Shown here one piece after another: positions 10,524 through 21,215 of a DNA stretch of 64,000 nucleotides (positions within the stretch are counted from its first letter, which is position 1; each line of letters begins with the position of its first letter). Position numbers and translations under genes: made by a program. The notes below the pieces were generated by a model that saw only the letters and a list, made by a program, of their open reading frames with translations, searched no databases and was not told where the DNA came from. Source of the stretch: Planctomicrobium sp. SH664 (lineage in GTDB: Bacteria; Planctomycetota; Planctomycetia; Planctomycetales; Planctomycetaceae); NCBI RefSeq assembly GCF_051466325.1, contig NZ_CP195792.1, positions 2,083,980 through 2,147,979 of the forward strand, given 5' to 3'.

Positions 10524-12107
10524 ATGTTAAGTTCCATCTTTAACTCTCTGTCCGGACGAAGTTCTTCGGCCCGCAGTGCAGGTTTTGGGCGAAAAGGGTG
10601 GTCCGCTCTGGCGCTCGCCACCGCTCCAACTCTCTTCGCGTCAATCACAGCCTTCGCCCAGCCAGCCTCTCCCGTCCGCGTTCGTGGAACGGAGGTGCTG
10701 CAGCGATTGGCCGACGATCACCAGATCTGCATTCTTCTGGGTGAAGGGTTCGCCAATCGAATTGTCGAGACGGACAATCTGGATGAAGGACCGGTTTCCA
10801 ATCAGGAGCCCGGGATGACGATTCGTGGGAGCCAGCGGACCACCGCCACCACGTCGTTCGATGCTGTCCCTGATCCCCGGGCAGCCAAATTCGAAATTCT
10901 GCTCAACGGCCAGACGCTGCACCACACTGTCGTGACCACTCCCCAGGCGACCGTGCATCTGGACGGGGCGTCGCAGTTCCAGCTTTCCAAGCAGGTCGAA
11001 TTCGATGGCCGGATGCTCACGACCCGCAGTCCGTCTGCCTACCTGACGACCAACCAGCGTCCGGTCGGGGCGATGACCGCCGTCAGCGGCATTCCCATTC
11101 TGGGGCGGATTGCCACAAACACCGTGTTGAACGCGGTGGAGCAGCGTCGTCCCTCGACGGACTGGCTGACCGCCATGCGGATTACCAGCCATGTCGGTCC
11201 CCGATTCAACAATGAGCTGGACCAGCAGCTTTCGAAAATCAATGACCGGCTCAGTTCATTTAAGCGTCTGCTGGCGATGAAGGGTCTCGACCCGGAAATT
11301 GTCCGCGCTTCGTCGACCGATGATGCGGTGCTCTGGGCGGCGAGCTTCCGATCGACGCTGTCGACTCCGACGTTCGCCCCGGTGCAGGATGCCTGGCCCG
11401 TTCCGGCCGACCCGTTTCAGGGGAAGCCGGTCGTCCCGGTGCCGGACCTTGCTGCCAAAAGCCGACGGACTCCATGGCAGGCTGCGAGCCTGTCGTCGGC
11501 AGATGTCTCGGTCAGTGACCAGCTGATTGTCAGTATTCACGAGTCATTGCTGGACGATGTCCTGTCGCGGTTCTCGCTGGCGGGTCGCGAAATTTCCGAT
11601 GCCTCCCTCGGCAAGCTGCTGCAGGGGGATCTTTCCGGAGGACTCAACGAACCGCCGCAGATGGCCACGCTGATCCTCGACTCCGAGCGTCCTTTTTCCT
11701 TGAGTTTCTACGGCAATGAAATTCTGCTCGAGATCCGGCTCGCGGTCCGGCTGACCGTCGGGAAGGAAATGCCGCCGCAGATCATTACGCTCTCCATTGT
11801 CCCGGTCCTCACCGGCGACAATGTCGAGATCCGCCCCACATTGAAATCCATTAAACCGGTGAATCCTGACAACGTGGTGACGATGGCGGCCCTTGTCGAG
11901 CCGGTGCTCAAGCAGAAAATCACGGAGAGCCTCAAGAACGTCACACTGCCGGCGACATTCAGCCTGCCCCCAAAAGGGAATCAGCCTCCCGTTGTGATCC
12001 GGACTTACAGCGTCTCCATGCGTGAAGGTCGGCTGAACGTCATTCTGGAAGCGGCTCCCAAGGCCTCGAACGTGGTCGGAATTCCCGGGATCTACGATCC
12101 GAAGTGA
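10524..12107 (+). CDS. Hypothetical secreted protein
   Basis: Signal peptide ALALATAPTLFASITAFAQPAS. 527 aa. Divergent from the upstream gene. No recognisable domain. Confidence 0.55.
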   Translation: MLSSIFNSLSGRSSSARSAGFGRKGWSALALATAPTLFASITAFAQPASPVRVRGTEVLQRLADDHQICILLGEGFANRIVETDNLDEGPVSNQEPGMTIRGSQRTTATTSFDAVPDPRAAKFEILLNGQTLHHTVVTTPQATVHLDGASQFQLSKQVEFDGRMLTTRSPSAYLTTNQRPVGAMTAVSGIPILGRIATNTVLNAVEQRRPSTDWLTAMRITSHVGPRFNNELDQQLSKINDRLSSFKRLLAMKGLDPEIVRASSTDDAVLWAASFRSTLSTPTFAPVQDAWPVPADPFQGKPVVPVPDLAAKSRRTPWQAASLSSADVSVSDQLIVSIHESLLDDVLSRFSLAGREISDASLGKLLQGDLSGGLNEPPQMATLILDSERPFSLSFYGNEILLEIRLAVRLTVGKEMPPQIITLSIVPVLTGDNVEIRPTLKSIKPVNPDNVVTMAALVEPVLKQKITESLKNVTLPATFSLPPKGNQPPVVIRTYSVSMREGRLNVILEAAPKASNVVGIPGIYDPK

Positions 12108-12169
12108 ACGTTGGCGACTTGTTCTCAGCATTGCGGGAAGCGGTCTGCTGGCAGAGAGAGGACCTGCTG

Positions 12170-13354
12170 TCAGCCCTTCTCCGTCAGCACCCTGCGCACC
12201 TCTTCGAACATCGTGAGATCCTCGCGGGTGGCGATGACAAAGATCCGTCCCCGGGAGCGAGGGAGCGCGATCTCCTGATCCGGACGGCAGCGGACATTCG
12301 CAGCATTGTCGATCTGAAGTCCCAGACACTCGAGCCCCTCGCAGGTCCGGCGACGGATCTCGCTGGAATTTTCCCCCACTCCCGCGGTAAAAACCAGCGC
12401 ATCCAGGCCCCCCATCGTCACCGCCAACGCTCCAATTGCCTGCCGCAGGCGATGGACGTAGATGTCGACTGCCAGACGGGCCGCCGGCTGTCCCGCCTCG
12501 GCCGCCCCCTCCACCTGCCGCATGTCGCCGGAAATTCCAGAGACTCCCAGCAGTCCTGAGCGACGATTCAGAATCGTTTCGACATCGTCTGCGGTCAGTC
12601 CCTGTCCCTGCACATGCAGGACCACGCCGGGATCGATCGACCCCGAGCGTGTTCCCATCATCAGCCCTTCCAGTGGGGTGAACCCCATGGTGGTCTCAAC
12701 CGATTTGCCGGACTGGACCGCTGTCGAGGAACAACCATTCCCGAGATGGCAGATCACGATTTTCAGATCGGACAGCGGGCGGTTCATCAACTCAGCCACC
12801 CGGCGGGCGCAGTAGGCATGGCTCAGCCCATGAAAGCCATATCTGCGGATTCCCCAGTCCTGTGTCCATTCCTGCGGCACGGGGTAGGTGTACGCTGCCG
12901 GCGGAAGAGTGGCATGAAATGCCGTGTCGAAGATGGCAATTTGCGGGACACCCGGAAGTGCGGTCTCGGCGGCAGCGAGCGTTTCCAGACTGGGCGGGTT
13001 ATGCAACGGCGCGAGCTCCACGAGCGCTGAAATCTGGTCGCGGACTTCCGGAGTCATGAGGACACCGGAAGTGAATTTCCCCCCGTGGACGATCCGATGT
13101 CCCACCGCAGCCACTTCGCCGGCGCGAGCAGAACCTCCAGGGAGCAGATCCTCAATGACTTGCCGGACGGCCTGCGCGAAGCCTTTCCAGTCTGCATTTT
13201 GCCGGGTCTTCTCTTCGCCCTCCGGCTGCAGCTGGTACTGCGTCGGCGAGCTGGACCAGTCCACGGTCGCACTGCTGCGAGTGGCCCCGCTGGCAGCATC
13301 GGCCAGAGTCGCCTTGAGGCTGCTGGAGCCGGCGTTCAGGAGGAGAATCTTCAT
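12170..13354 (-). CDS. ackA: Acetate kinase
   Basis: MKILLLNAGSSSLK N-terminus plus HLGNGCS, FDTAFH and GFHGLSH motifs of the acetate/propionate kinase family. Start placed at MKILL inside ORF 12170..13381. Confidence 0.9.
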   Translation of the reverse strand: MKILLLNAGSSSLKATLADAASGATRSSATVDWSSSPTQYQLQPEGEEKTRQNADWKGFAQAVRQVIEDLLPGGSARAGEVAAVGHRIVHGGKFTSGVLMTPEVRDQISALVELAPLHNPPSLETLAAAETALPGVPQIAIFDTAFHATLPPAAYTYPVPQEWTQDWGIRRYGFHGLSHAYCARRVAELMNRPLSDLKIVICHLGNGCSSTAVQSGKSVETTMGFTPLEGLMMGTRSGSIDPGVVLHVQGQGLTADDVETILNRRSGLLGVSGISGDMRQVEGAAEAGQPAARLAVDIYVHRLRQAIGALAVTMGGLDALVFTAGVGENSSEIRRRTCEGLECLGLQIDNAANVRCRPDQEIALPRSRGRIFVIATREDLTMFEEVRRVLTEKG

Positions 13355-13431
13355 GACACCAGAATGCCTTGCGGTCGTCACAACTTCTGAACCAACGGGA
13401 GGCTGTTCTCATTTGCGCCGTCCCCCGCCAG

Positions 13432-15972
13432 TCAGTCGTTGTCCCCTTCCGTCGACGTATTGCGGGAAGTGCGGGGTGACTTCTGTCCCCATTTCCAGCC
13501 GCTGATCTCCGGCATGTCGTCTCCGTATTCCGCGATATACCGCTTGTGGTCGATCAGTTTTTCCTGCAGGGCCTGCTTGAAATAGGCGGCACGTGCTCCC
13601 AGCTGCGGGAGACGATCAATCACATCGCCGACGAGATGGAAACGGTCGAGGCTGTTGAGCACCACCATGTCGAAGGGAGTCGTGGTGGTCCCTTCCTCTT
13701 TGTATCCACGAACGTGCAGATTGCTGTGATTGGTGCGGCGATACGTCAGCCGATGAATCAGCGAGGGATAGCCGTGAAACGCGAAAATAACCGGCTTGTC
13801 TTTGGTGAACAGGGTGTCGAAATCGCGATCACTCAGTCCGTGTGGATGCTCACTGGCGGGCTGCAGCTTCATCAGATTGACCACGTTGACCACACGCACT
13901 TTCAGTTCGGGGAGATGCTCGCGGAGCAGACTGACCGCCGCCAGTGTCTCCAGCGTCGGGACGTCACCACAACAGGCGAGGACGACATCAGGATCGCAGC
14001 CTTTGTCGTTGCTGGCCCAGTCCCAGATGCCGATTCCCTGTGTGCAATGCTTCACTGCCTGATCCATGGTCAGCCACTGCGGTGCCGGTTGTTTGCCGGC
14101 GACGATGACGTTGATGTAGTTGCGGCTGCGCAGGCAATGGTCGGTGACTGAAAGCAGACAGTTCGCATCGGGCGGCAGATAGACGCGGATCACCTCCGCT
14201 TTCTTGTTCACCACATGGTCGAGGAATCCCGGATCCTGGTGTGAGAAGCCGTTGTGATCCTGACGCCACACATGCGAGCTGAGCAGATAGTTGAAAGAGG
14301 CGATCGATCTCCGCCAGTCAATCTGGTTGCAGACCTTCAGCCACTTCGCGTGCTGATTGAACATCGAGTCGATGATGTGGATGAACGCTTCGTAGCACGA
14401 AAAGAATCCGTGGCGGCCGGTTAACAGATAGCCTTCAAGCCAGCCCTGACACTGATGCTCGCTCAGGACCTCCATAATTCGCCCATCCGGGGAGAGATGG
14501 TCATCTTCCGGATAGATCTCCGCCATATAACAGCGGTTCGTGACGTCGAGCACATCCTGCCAGCGGTTGGAATTATTTTCATCAGGGCTGAACAGGCGGA
14601 AGTTACTGCTGTTCAAATTCAGCTTCATGACGTCACGCAGGTACTTGCCCATCACCCGCGTTGACTCGGCCTGAGTGGCACCCGGAGAGGTAACCTCCAC
14701 CGCATAGTCGCAGAAGTCCGGCAGCTTCAGGTCCCGCAACAGCAGGCCGCCGTTCGCATGAGGATTGGCACTCATCCGGCGCGGGCCCCGGGGAGCCAGA
14801 TCGGCCAGTTCGTCGAGGAATTTTCCGTTGGCATCGAAGAGTTCTTCGGGGCGGTAGCTCTGCATCCAGCCTTCGAGGATGCGAATGTGCTCGGGTTTGT
14901 CCATATCTCCCATTGGGACCTGATGACTGCGCCAGTAGTCTTCACATTTCTTGCCATCGATCTCCGGCGGACAGGTCCAGCCCTTGGGAGTCCGGAACAC
15001 AATCAACGGCCACGCCGGACGGCGCACGACTCCTTGTGACCGCGCTTCCTTCCAGATGTTCTGAATCTCGGCGAGGGCCTCATCCATGACCGCGGCGAGT
15101 TCCTGATGGACGAGTTCCGGGTCATGTCCTTCGACGAAATAAGGCCTGTAGCCCATGCCTTCGAAGTACTTTTGCAGCTCATCGCGGGGAATTCGGGCCA
15201 GAAAGCAGGGATTGGCGATCTTGTAACCGTTCAGATGCAGGATCGGCAGCACAGCCCCATCGCGGGCCGGGTTAAGGAACTTGTTACCGTGCCAGCCGGT
15301 GGCGAGCGGTCCGGTTTCTGCTTCGCCGTCGCCGACGATGCAGGCCACAATCAGATCGGGATTGTCGAACGCTGCTCCATAAGCATGGCTGAGGGCGTAG
15401 CCGAGTTCCCCCCCTTCATGAATGCTCCCCGGTGTTTCAGGAGCAACATGGCTCGGGATTCCGCCGGGAAAACTGAACTGTTTGAAGAGTCGCTTCAGTC
15501 CCTGCGTATCCTGACTGATATTCGGATAAAACTCGCTGTACGTTCCTTCCAGATAGGCATGTGCCACCAGCGACGGGCCACCGTGGCCCGGACCGATGAC
15601 ATAAATCATGTTGAGATCATCCCGTTTGATGACCCGGTTCAGGTGCACATACAACATATTCAGACCGGGGGAAGTCCCCCAGTGACCGAGCAGTCTGGGT
15701 TTGATGTGCCGGCGTTCGAGGGGCTGCCTGAGCAGAGGATTATCCAGCAGATAAATCTGCCCGACCGAAAGATAATTCGACGCCCGCCAGTAAGCGTCGA
15801 GCTTGCGTAATTCTTCGGTTGAAAGTGGCACCGGAAGTGTGCGGGTAGAGCGAGCTTGAGGGATTGCAGTCGACAACGATGGACTCCTGCAGGGGGACTT
15901 CAACCAACCCGTCGAAGTTGAGAACAGAGAACGTTCGGATGCGCCTGGTTGCGGATGCGCGAACGAAATCAA
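13432..15972 (-). CDS. xfp: Xylulose-5-phosphate/fructose-6-phosphate phosphoketolase
   Basis: Thiamine-diphosphate motif [70 protein letters not shown]. About 800-aa XFP architecture. The exact N-terminus is uncertain because the ORF uses a TTG start. Confidence 0.9.
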   Translation of the reverse strand: MISFAHPQPGASERSLFSTSTGWLKSPCRSPSLSTAIPQARSTRTLPVPLSTEELRKLDAYWRASNYLSVGQIYLLDNPLLRQPLERRHIKPRLLGHWGTSPGLNMLYVHLNRVIKRDDLNMIYVIGPGHGGPSLVAHAYLEGTYSEFYPNISQDTQGLKRLFKQFSFPGGIPSHVAPETPGSIHEGGELGYALSHAYGAAFDNPDLIVACIVGDGEAETGPLATGWHGNKFLNPARDGAVLPILHLNGYKIANPCFLARIPRDELQKYFEGMGYRPYFVEGHDPELVHQELAAVMDEALAEIQNIWKEARSQGVVRRPAWPLIVFRTPKGWTCPPEIDGKKCEDYWRSHQVPMGDMDKPEHIRILEGWMQSYRPEELFDANGKFLDELADLAPRGPRRMSANPHANGGLLLRDLKLPDFCDYAVEVTSPGATQAESTRVMGKYLRDVMKLNLNSSNFRLFSPDENNSNRWQDVLDVTNRCYMAEIYPEDDHLSPDGRIMEVLSEHQCQGWLEGYLLTGRHGFFSCYEAFIHIIDSMFNQHAKWLKVCNQIDWRRSIASFNYLLSSHVWRQDHNGFSHQDPGFLDHVVNKKAEVIRVYLPPDANCLLSVTDHCLRSRNYINVIVAGKQPAPQWLTMDQAVKHCTQGIGIWDWASNDKGCDPDVVLACCGDVPTLETLAAVSLLREHLPELKVRVVNVVNLMKLQPASEHPHGLSDRDFDTLFTKDKPVIFAFHGYPSLIHRLTYRRTNHSNLHVRGYKEEGTTTTPFDMVVLNSLDRFHLVGDVIDRLPQLGARAAYFKQALQEKLIDHKRYIAEYGDDMPEISGWKWGQKSPRTSRNTSTEGDND

Positions 15973-16189
15973 CCTGATCGACCTTCGGCATTATGCCCTT
16001 TCTCCGGGAACAGAGAAAGGCATTCCCGGAATTCGCGATCGTTAACGCGGGTCGTGACGAAAAGTCACAGCCTGTTGAGTGATTGCTCCACAACGCCCAT
16101 CTTCCGCGGTGGTGCAAACTTGCGAGGGGCCTAGGGATGTGGGAGACTTCGCGCTGATCGCTGTTTCTCCCATTCTGGAATGGCTACCG

Positions 16190-17254
16190 ATGTCCAAGAA
16201 ACTTCTGGCTGTCGTGCTGCTCGGCCTCGCAGGCACCGCTTTTGCCGGATATCAGGTCTGGCAATCGTTGCAGTCGCCCCTGCCTGCAGGGATCGTTTCA
16301 GGAAATGGTCGGATTGAGGCCAAGCTCGTTGATATTGCCGCCCGTGAATCGCTGCGGGTGAAGAAAATTCTTGTCAAGGAAGGGGCACTCGTCAGCCGGG
16401 ATCAGGTGCTGGTCGAGATGGATATTTCGACACTCGCCGCCGAACTGGCCGAAGCCAAGGCGAGTGTGGCCTCTGCGAAGGAGCGGGTTGCGGTCAACAC
16501 TTCGTCGATTGTTCGTCGCAAGAGCGAGCTGGCTCTCGCTCAGATCGAATTCGACCGTTACAAGAAACTGCTGGACACGGCGGCCGGGACGCAACAGGAG
16601 TTTGATCGTCGGCACGCCAATCTGCAGGTGCAGATTGCTTCGCTCGCCGAAGATGAGGCCAAGTTGCGAACTGCGATGCAGGAAGTGGAAGTTGCCGAAG
16701 CGAACGAAGCAAAAATTCAAACCCGCATCGACGACGCAACGTTGAAATCGCCCGTCCGTGGACGCGTGCTGTATCGGCTGGCGGAAGAAGGAGAAGTGTT
16801 GAGCGCGGGGGGTAAGGCCCTGACGCTGGTCAACCTCGAAGATGTCTACATGGAGATCTTTCTCCCGGCGGAGTGGGCCTCGCGTTTGAAAATCGGTGCG
16901 GAAGCCCGCGTGACGGTCGATCACGCCCCTGGCCGTGCCGCGGCGGGGACGGTCAGCTTTGTCTCTCCCGAGGCCCAATTCACTCCCAAACAGGTGGAAA
17001 CAAAAAGCGAACGGGAAAAGCTGATGTTCCGGGTCAAGATTCAGGTTCCCGAAGAACTTGTCTCTTCCTACATCGAACGGGTTAAAACCGGAGTGCGCGG
17101 TGTCGGCTATGTGAAAGTTGACGAATCTGCCCAGTGGCCCGCATTTCTTCAGAATCTGGTTTCACCGCCCGAAAAGCTCGCACCGGTCAGTCCATCGGCG
17201 ACGGCAGCAGACAATCCCAATGCCGTCCCGGATTCTCCCGCCGCCGGGAAATGA
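16190..17254 (+). CDS. HlyD-family membrane fusion / periplasmic adaptor protein (YhiI-like)
   Basis: N-terminal anchor MSKKLLAVVLLGLAG followed by coiled-coil and beta-barrel regions typical of HlyD. It overlaps and is co-oriented with the downstream fused ABC transporter gene. Confidence 0.85.
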   Translation: MSKKLLAVVLLGLAGTAFAGYQVWQSLQSPLPAGIVSGNGRIEAKLVDIAARESLRVKKILVKEGALVSRDQVLVEMDISTLAAELAEAKASVASAKERVAVNTSSIVRRKSELALAQIEFDRYKKLLDTAAGTQQEFDRRHANLQVQIASLAEDEAKLRTAMQEVEVAEANEAKIQTRIDDATLKSPVRGRVLYRLAEEGEVLSAGGKALTLVNLEDVYMEIFLPAEWASRLKIGAEARVTVDHAPGRAAAGTVSFVSPEAQFTPKQVETKSEREKLMFRVKIQVPEELVSSYIERVKTGVRGVGYVKVDESAQWPAFLQNLVSPPEKLAPVSPSATAADNPNAVPDSPAAGK

Positions 17255-17294
17255 CGTTGCCGCAGGTTCTCCACCTCTCCTTGATCGCGACCTC

Positions 17295-20060
17295 ATGATG
17301 TCCGTAGACCCCGCGAGCGGCAACTCCGTTGTTTCGGTGACAGAGGTTACGCACCGCTACGGTCGAACTCTCGCGCTCGACAGCCTGTCCCTGCAGATCC
17401 CCCGCGGACAGATGGTGGGAATCGTCGGTCCCGACGGCGTGGGCAAGTCGACACTGATGGCCTTGATCGCCGGTTCGAAGGTGATTCAGCAGGGACGGGT
17501 GATCGTTCTGGATGGAGATATGGCCGACGCGCGGCACCGGCGAGAAGCCTGTCCCCGAATCGCCTATATGCCGCAGGGACTCGGCAAGAATCTCTATCTG
17601 GAATTGAGTGTTTACGACAACGTCGACTTCATGGCGCAGCTGTTCGGCCTGACCGCGGCCGAACGGCCCGCACGCATCCAGGCCCTGCTGCAGGCAACCG
17701 GTCTGGCCCCCTTTGCCCATCGTCCTGCCGGAAAGCTCTCGGGGGGGATGAAGCAGAAAGTCGGCCTGTGCGGAGCACTCGTTCACGACCCGGATCTGTT
17801 GATTCTCGATGAGCCGACGACTGGGGTTGATCCTCTTTCCCGAAGGCAGTTCTGGTCGCTGATCGATGAAATCCGGGAGCAGCGCCCCGGCATGAGCGTG
17901 GTGATCTCGACCGCCTACATGGACGAAGCCCAGCAATGGGACTGGATCGTCGCTATGGATGACGGCAAAGTGCTGGCGACCGGGGCTCCCATCCAGCTGA
18001 TGCAGCAGACCCGGACGACCGATCTTGAAAAATGCTTCGTCGCCTTGCTTCCGGAAGAACGGCGTATGGGACACCAGGAACTGGTGATTCCCCCGCGTGG
18101 AGACAATCTGACCGAAGTTGTCATCGATGCGCAGGGGCTGACCCGCCGGTTCGGCGATTTTGTGGCAGTCGATCACGTCACACTGTCCATTCAGCGGGGA
18201 GAAATCTTCGGGTTTCTCGGATCGAACGGCTGCGGGAAGTCGACCACCATGAAGATGCTGACCGGTTTGCTCCCTCCGACAGAGGGAACCGCAACGCTCT
18301 TTGGAAATTCGGTGGAGGCCGGGAGTCTGGAGGTCCGGCAGAATCTCGGCTACATGACTCAGGCATTTTCGCTTTATGGCGAACTGACCGTGCTGGAAAA
18401 TCTCGTTCTGGATGCGAGGCTTTTCCACCTGCCCGCAGACAAAGCGAAGGAGCGGATTGAAGAGCTGGTGGAGAAATTTGGCCTGAGGGATCATCTCCAT
18501 GCCCCTGCCGGGGAACTGCCGATGGGCCTGCGTCAACGGTTGTCGCTGGCCGTCGCGGTGCTGCACGGGCCGGAGATCCTGATTCTGGATGAACCGACGT
18601 CCGGGGTCGATCCTGTGGCGCGGGACAGCTTCTGGGAACTGTTGATCGAGATGTCGCGTGAGCAGGGGGTGACCATCTTCATCACAACTCACTTCATGAA
18701 TGAAGGAATGCGCTGCGACCGGATTTCACTGATGCATGCCGGTCAGGTGTTGGCCTGCGATACTCCGCAAAAGCTGATCGACGGACGGGGTGCGGCCAAT
18801 CTGGAAGAAGCATTCATCGGTTACATGGAAGATGCCGTTGCCGAGAATGTGCGGGGAGATGCCCAAGAAGGACTCGCAGCCGAAGCAACCCCACCCATCG
18901 CCGCTGCCGAGCATTCCTCCCCTTCCGGCTCTCAGGTCGCGATCGGGCGAATGTTGGCCTACACCCGCAACGAAACAGTACAAATTCTCCGCGATCCGGT
19001 GCGGCTACTGTTCGCCTTCGTGGGCTCGGCGCTGCTGATGCTCGCTTTCGGATTCGGGCTGACCACCGACATCGAACACATTCGCTACGCCACGATGGAT
19101 CTCGACCAGTCTCCGGAGAGTCGGGCTTTTCTTGAACAGTTCGCCGGCACAAGCCGCTATTTCAACCGCATGCCGCCGGTCCAGTCAGCCGGAGAAGCGC
19201 TGCAGCAGCTGCAGTCGGACAAGATCTCTCTGCTGCTCGAGATTCCGCCCAATTTCGGGAGAAACCTCCGAAAAGGAGTTCCGGCCGAAGTGCTGGCTCA
19301 GGTCGACGGAGCCGACACGTTTCGCGGGGAGAATATTGCGCAGTACGTGCAGGGAGTGCAGTACACCATGCTGAGTGATCCGGCGAACGGACTGCAGTTC
19401 CACTCGCCGGTGGGGAGGGCGCAGATTGAGGACCGCTACGTGTACAATCCTTCGTTTGAAAGCATTTACTCCATTGTTCCCAGTGTGCCCGCTCTGCTGC
19501 TGATTCTGATTCCCGCGATTCTGATGGCGGTCAGCATTGTGCGTGAAAAAGAGCTGGGCTCGATGATCAACTTCTACGTCACTCCGACACGACGAATCGA
19601 GTACCTGCTAGGGAAACAGATTCCCTACATCTTGATCGGGATGATCAACTTTCTGATTCTGGTCGGAATGGCATTGTTCGTCTTCGGGGTACCGATCAAG
19701 GGGAGCTTCCTGATGCTGCTCGCCTGTACGCTTCTCTATGTGACGGTCACCACCGGCATCGGCATGCTGATTTCCACCTTCACCAGCAGTCAGGTCGCGG
19801 CGGTCTTCATCACAGCCATCATCACCATTATGCCCACGATTCAGTTCTCGGGACTGATGCAGCCGGTGTCGACTCTGGAAGGGCGGGCCCGCCTGATCGG
19901 AGCGATCTGGCCCACGACCTACTACATGCATTCCAGCGTGGGGGCGTATACCAAAGGTCTGCGGGCAGGCCTGATGCTGCCGGACCTCATGTTCCTCGCC
20001 TGCTGTATTCCTGTTCTCTGGCTGCTCAGCATGATCGGTTTGAGAAAGCAGGAACGATGA
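17295..20060 (+). CDS. rbbA: RbbA-like fused ABC transporter: two nucleotide-binding domains plus a C-terminal ABC-2 permease
   Basis: Two Walker A motifs (GPDGVGKST and GSNGCGKST), two LSGG signatures and two Walker B motifs (LILDEPT), then six C-terminal transmembrane helices. This matches E. coli RbbA (YhiH). The start was set at the first in-frame ATG after the HlyD stop. Confidence 0.85.
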   Translation: MMSVDPASGNSVVSVTEVTHRYGRTLALDSLSLQIPRGQMVGIVGPDGVGKSTLMALIAGSKVIQQGRVIVLDGDMADARHRREACPRIAYMPQGLGKNLYLELSVYDNVDFMAQLFGLTAAERPARIQALLQATGLAPFAHRPAGKLSGGMKQKVGLCGALVHDPDLLILDEPTTGVDPLSRRQFWSLIDEIREQRPGMSVVISTAYMDEAQQWDWIVAMDDGKVLATGAPIQLMQQTRTTDLEKCFVALLPEERRMGHQELVIPPRGDNLTEVVIDAQGLTRRFGDFVAVDHVTLSIQRGEIFGFLGSNGCGKSTTMKMLTGLLPPTEGTATLFGNSVEAGSLEVRQNLGYMTQAFSLYGELTVLENLVLDARLFHLPADKAKERIEELVEKFGLRDHLHAPAGELPMGLRQRLSLAVAVLHGPEILILDEPTSGVDPVARDSFWELLIEMSREQGVTIFITTHFMNEGMRCDRISLMHAGQVLACDTPQKLIDGRGAANLEEAFIGYMEDAVAENVRGDAQEGLAAEATPPIAAAEHSSPSGSQVAIGRMLAYTRNETVQILRDPVRLLFAFVGSALLMLAFGFGLTTDIEHIRYATMDLDQSPESRAFLEQFAGTSRYFNRMPPVQSAGEALQQLQSDKISLLLEIPPNFGRNLRKGVPAEVLAQVDGADTFRGENIAQYVQGVQYTMLSDPANGLQFHSPVGRAQIEDRYVYNPSFESIYSIVPSVPALLLILIPAILMAVSIVREKELGSMINFYVTPTRRIEYLLGKQIPYILIGMINFLILVGMALFVFGVPIKGSFLMLLACTLLYVTVTTGIGMLISTFTSSQVAAVFITAIITIMPTIQFSGLMQPVSTLEGRARLIGAIWPTTYYMHSSVGAYTKGLRAGLMLPDLMFLACCIPVLWLLSMIGLRKQER

Positions 20061-21187
20061 ACTCGAAATCGCTTCTCAACATCTTCTGGCTGGGAATCAA
20101 GGAGCTGCGGAGCCTCTTCAGCGACATGGTCATGTTGCTGTTTGTGATCTACGCCTTTACGGGAGCCATTTACATCCAGGCGACGGGGACGTCGAGTGAG
20201 GTCAACAATGCCTCGCTGGCGTTCGTCGACGAGGACGGCTCAACGCTGTCAAAAGAGCTCATGAACTCATTCTATCCGCCTCGCTTTCAGCAACCGCAGC
20301 TAATTCAGGCGAGCGAAGTTGAAAACGCGATGGACCGGGGAAAGTTCATGTTCGTGGTGGTCATTCCGCCCCGGTTTGAACTTGATCTGCGCGCCGGACG
20401 CGATGCTTCGATTCAGCTCAACATCGATGCGACGGCCATGCAGCAGGCAGGGGTCGGCTCAGGATATATCAGGAACATTCTGACGGAACGCGTGACCAGC
20501 TTTCTATCACGCACCGATCAGCGGTACGAACCTCCGGTCAATCTGGTGATTCGGAAACTGTTCAACCCGAACGGCGTTTCTGCCTGGCGGACGGGAGTCG
20601 TGGCGATCATTAATCAAATCACCCTGCTGACCGTGGTGCTGACTGGAGCGGCGGTCTTGCGCGAAAGGGAACATGGCACGCTCGAACATCTGCTGGTGAT
20701 GCCTCTCAGTGCCTTCGAAATCGCCATGGCCAAAGTGCTGGCAAACGGCTTCGTGATTCTGCTGGCCACGGTGGCGTCGCTGTTTCTGGTGGTGAAGTGG
20801 GCGTTGCAAGTCCCCTTCGCAGGCTCGCTCCCCCTTTGGCTCTCGGGAGTGATCCTGTATCTGTTTTTCGCGACAGCTCTGGGAATTTTTCTAGGGACAA
20901 TCGCTCGGTCCATGGCGCAGTTCTCGCTGCTGATCATCCTGATTGTCATTGTGCTGCAACTGCTCTCTGGGGGGACCACTCCCGTGGAGAGTCAGCCACG
21001 CTGGCTGCAATACCTGACATTCCTGCTTCCCTCGCGCCACTTCGTCAGTTTTTCGCAGGTGATCATTTATCGCGGCGGTGGACTGAACGCGGTCTGGCCA
21101 CAATTTCTGATGGTTGGTGGCATGGGACTGGCGTTCTTTATCTACAGTCTGGGGTTGTTCAGGAAATCGATCGCGGTGACGAAATAA
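20057..21187 (+). CDS. ABC-2 type transporter permease (YhhJ-like)
   Basis: Polytopic membrane protein of 376 aa with ABC-2 permease topology. Its start overlaps the rbbA stop codon (ATGA). Confidence 0.8.
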   Translation: MNSKSLLNIFWLGIKELRSLFSDMVMLLFVIYAFTGAIYIQATGTSSEVNNASLAFVDEDGSTLSKELMNSFYPPRFQQPQLIQASEVENAMDRGKFMFVVVIPPRFELDLRAGRDASIQLNIDATAMQQAGVGSGYIRNILTERVTSFLSRTDQRYEPPVNLVIRKLFNPNGVSAWRTGVVAIINQITLLTVVLTGAAVLREREHGTLEHLLVMPLSAFEIAMAKVLANGFVILLATVASLFLVVKWALQVPFAGSLPLWLSGVILYLFFATALGIFLGTIARSMAQFSLLIILIVIVLQLLSGGTTPVESQPRWLQYLTFLLPSRHFVSFSQVIIYRGGGLNAVWPQFLMVGGMGLAFFIYSLGLFRKSIAVTK

Positions 21188-21215
21188 GTGGCCGGATGCT
21201 CCAATGCAGGTTGCA

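Noticed and set aside
17187-18692. 501-aa minus-strand ORF
   Set aside because: It is antisense to rbbA, which has unambiguous Walker and ABC signature motifs. No motifs of its own.
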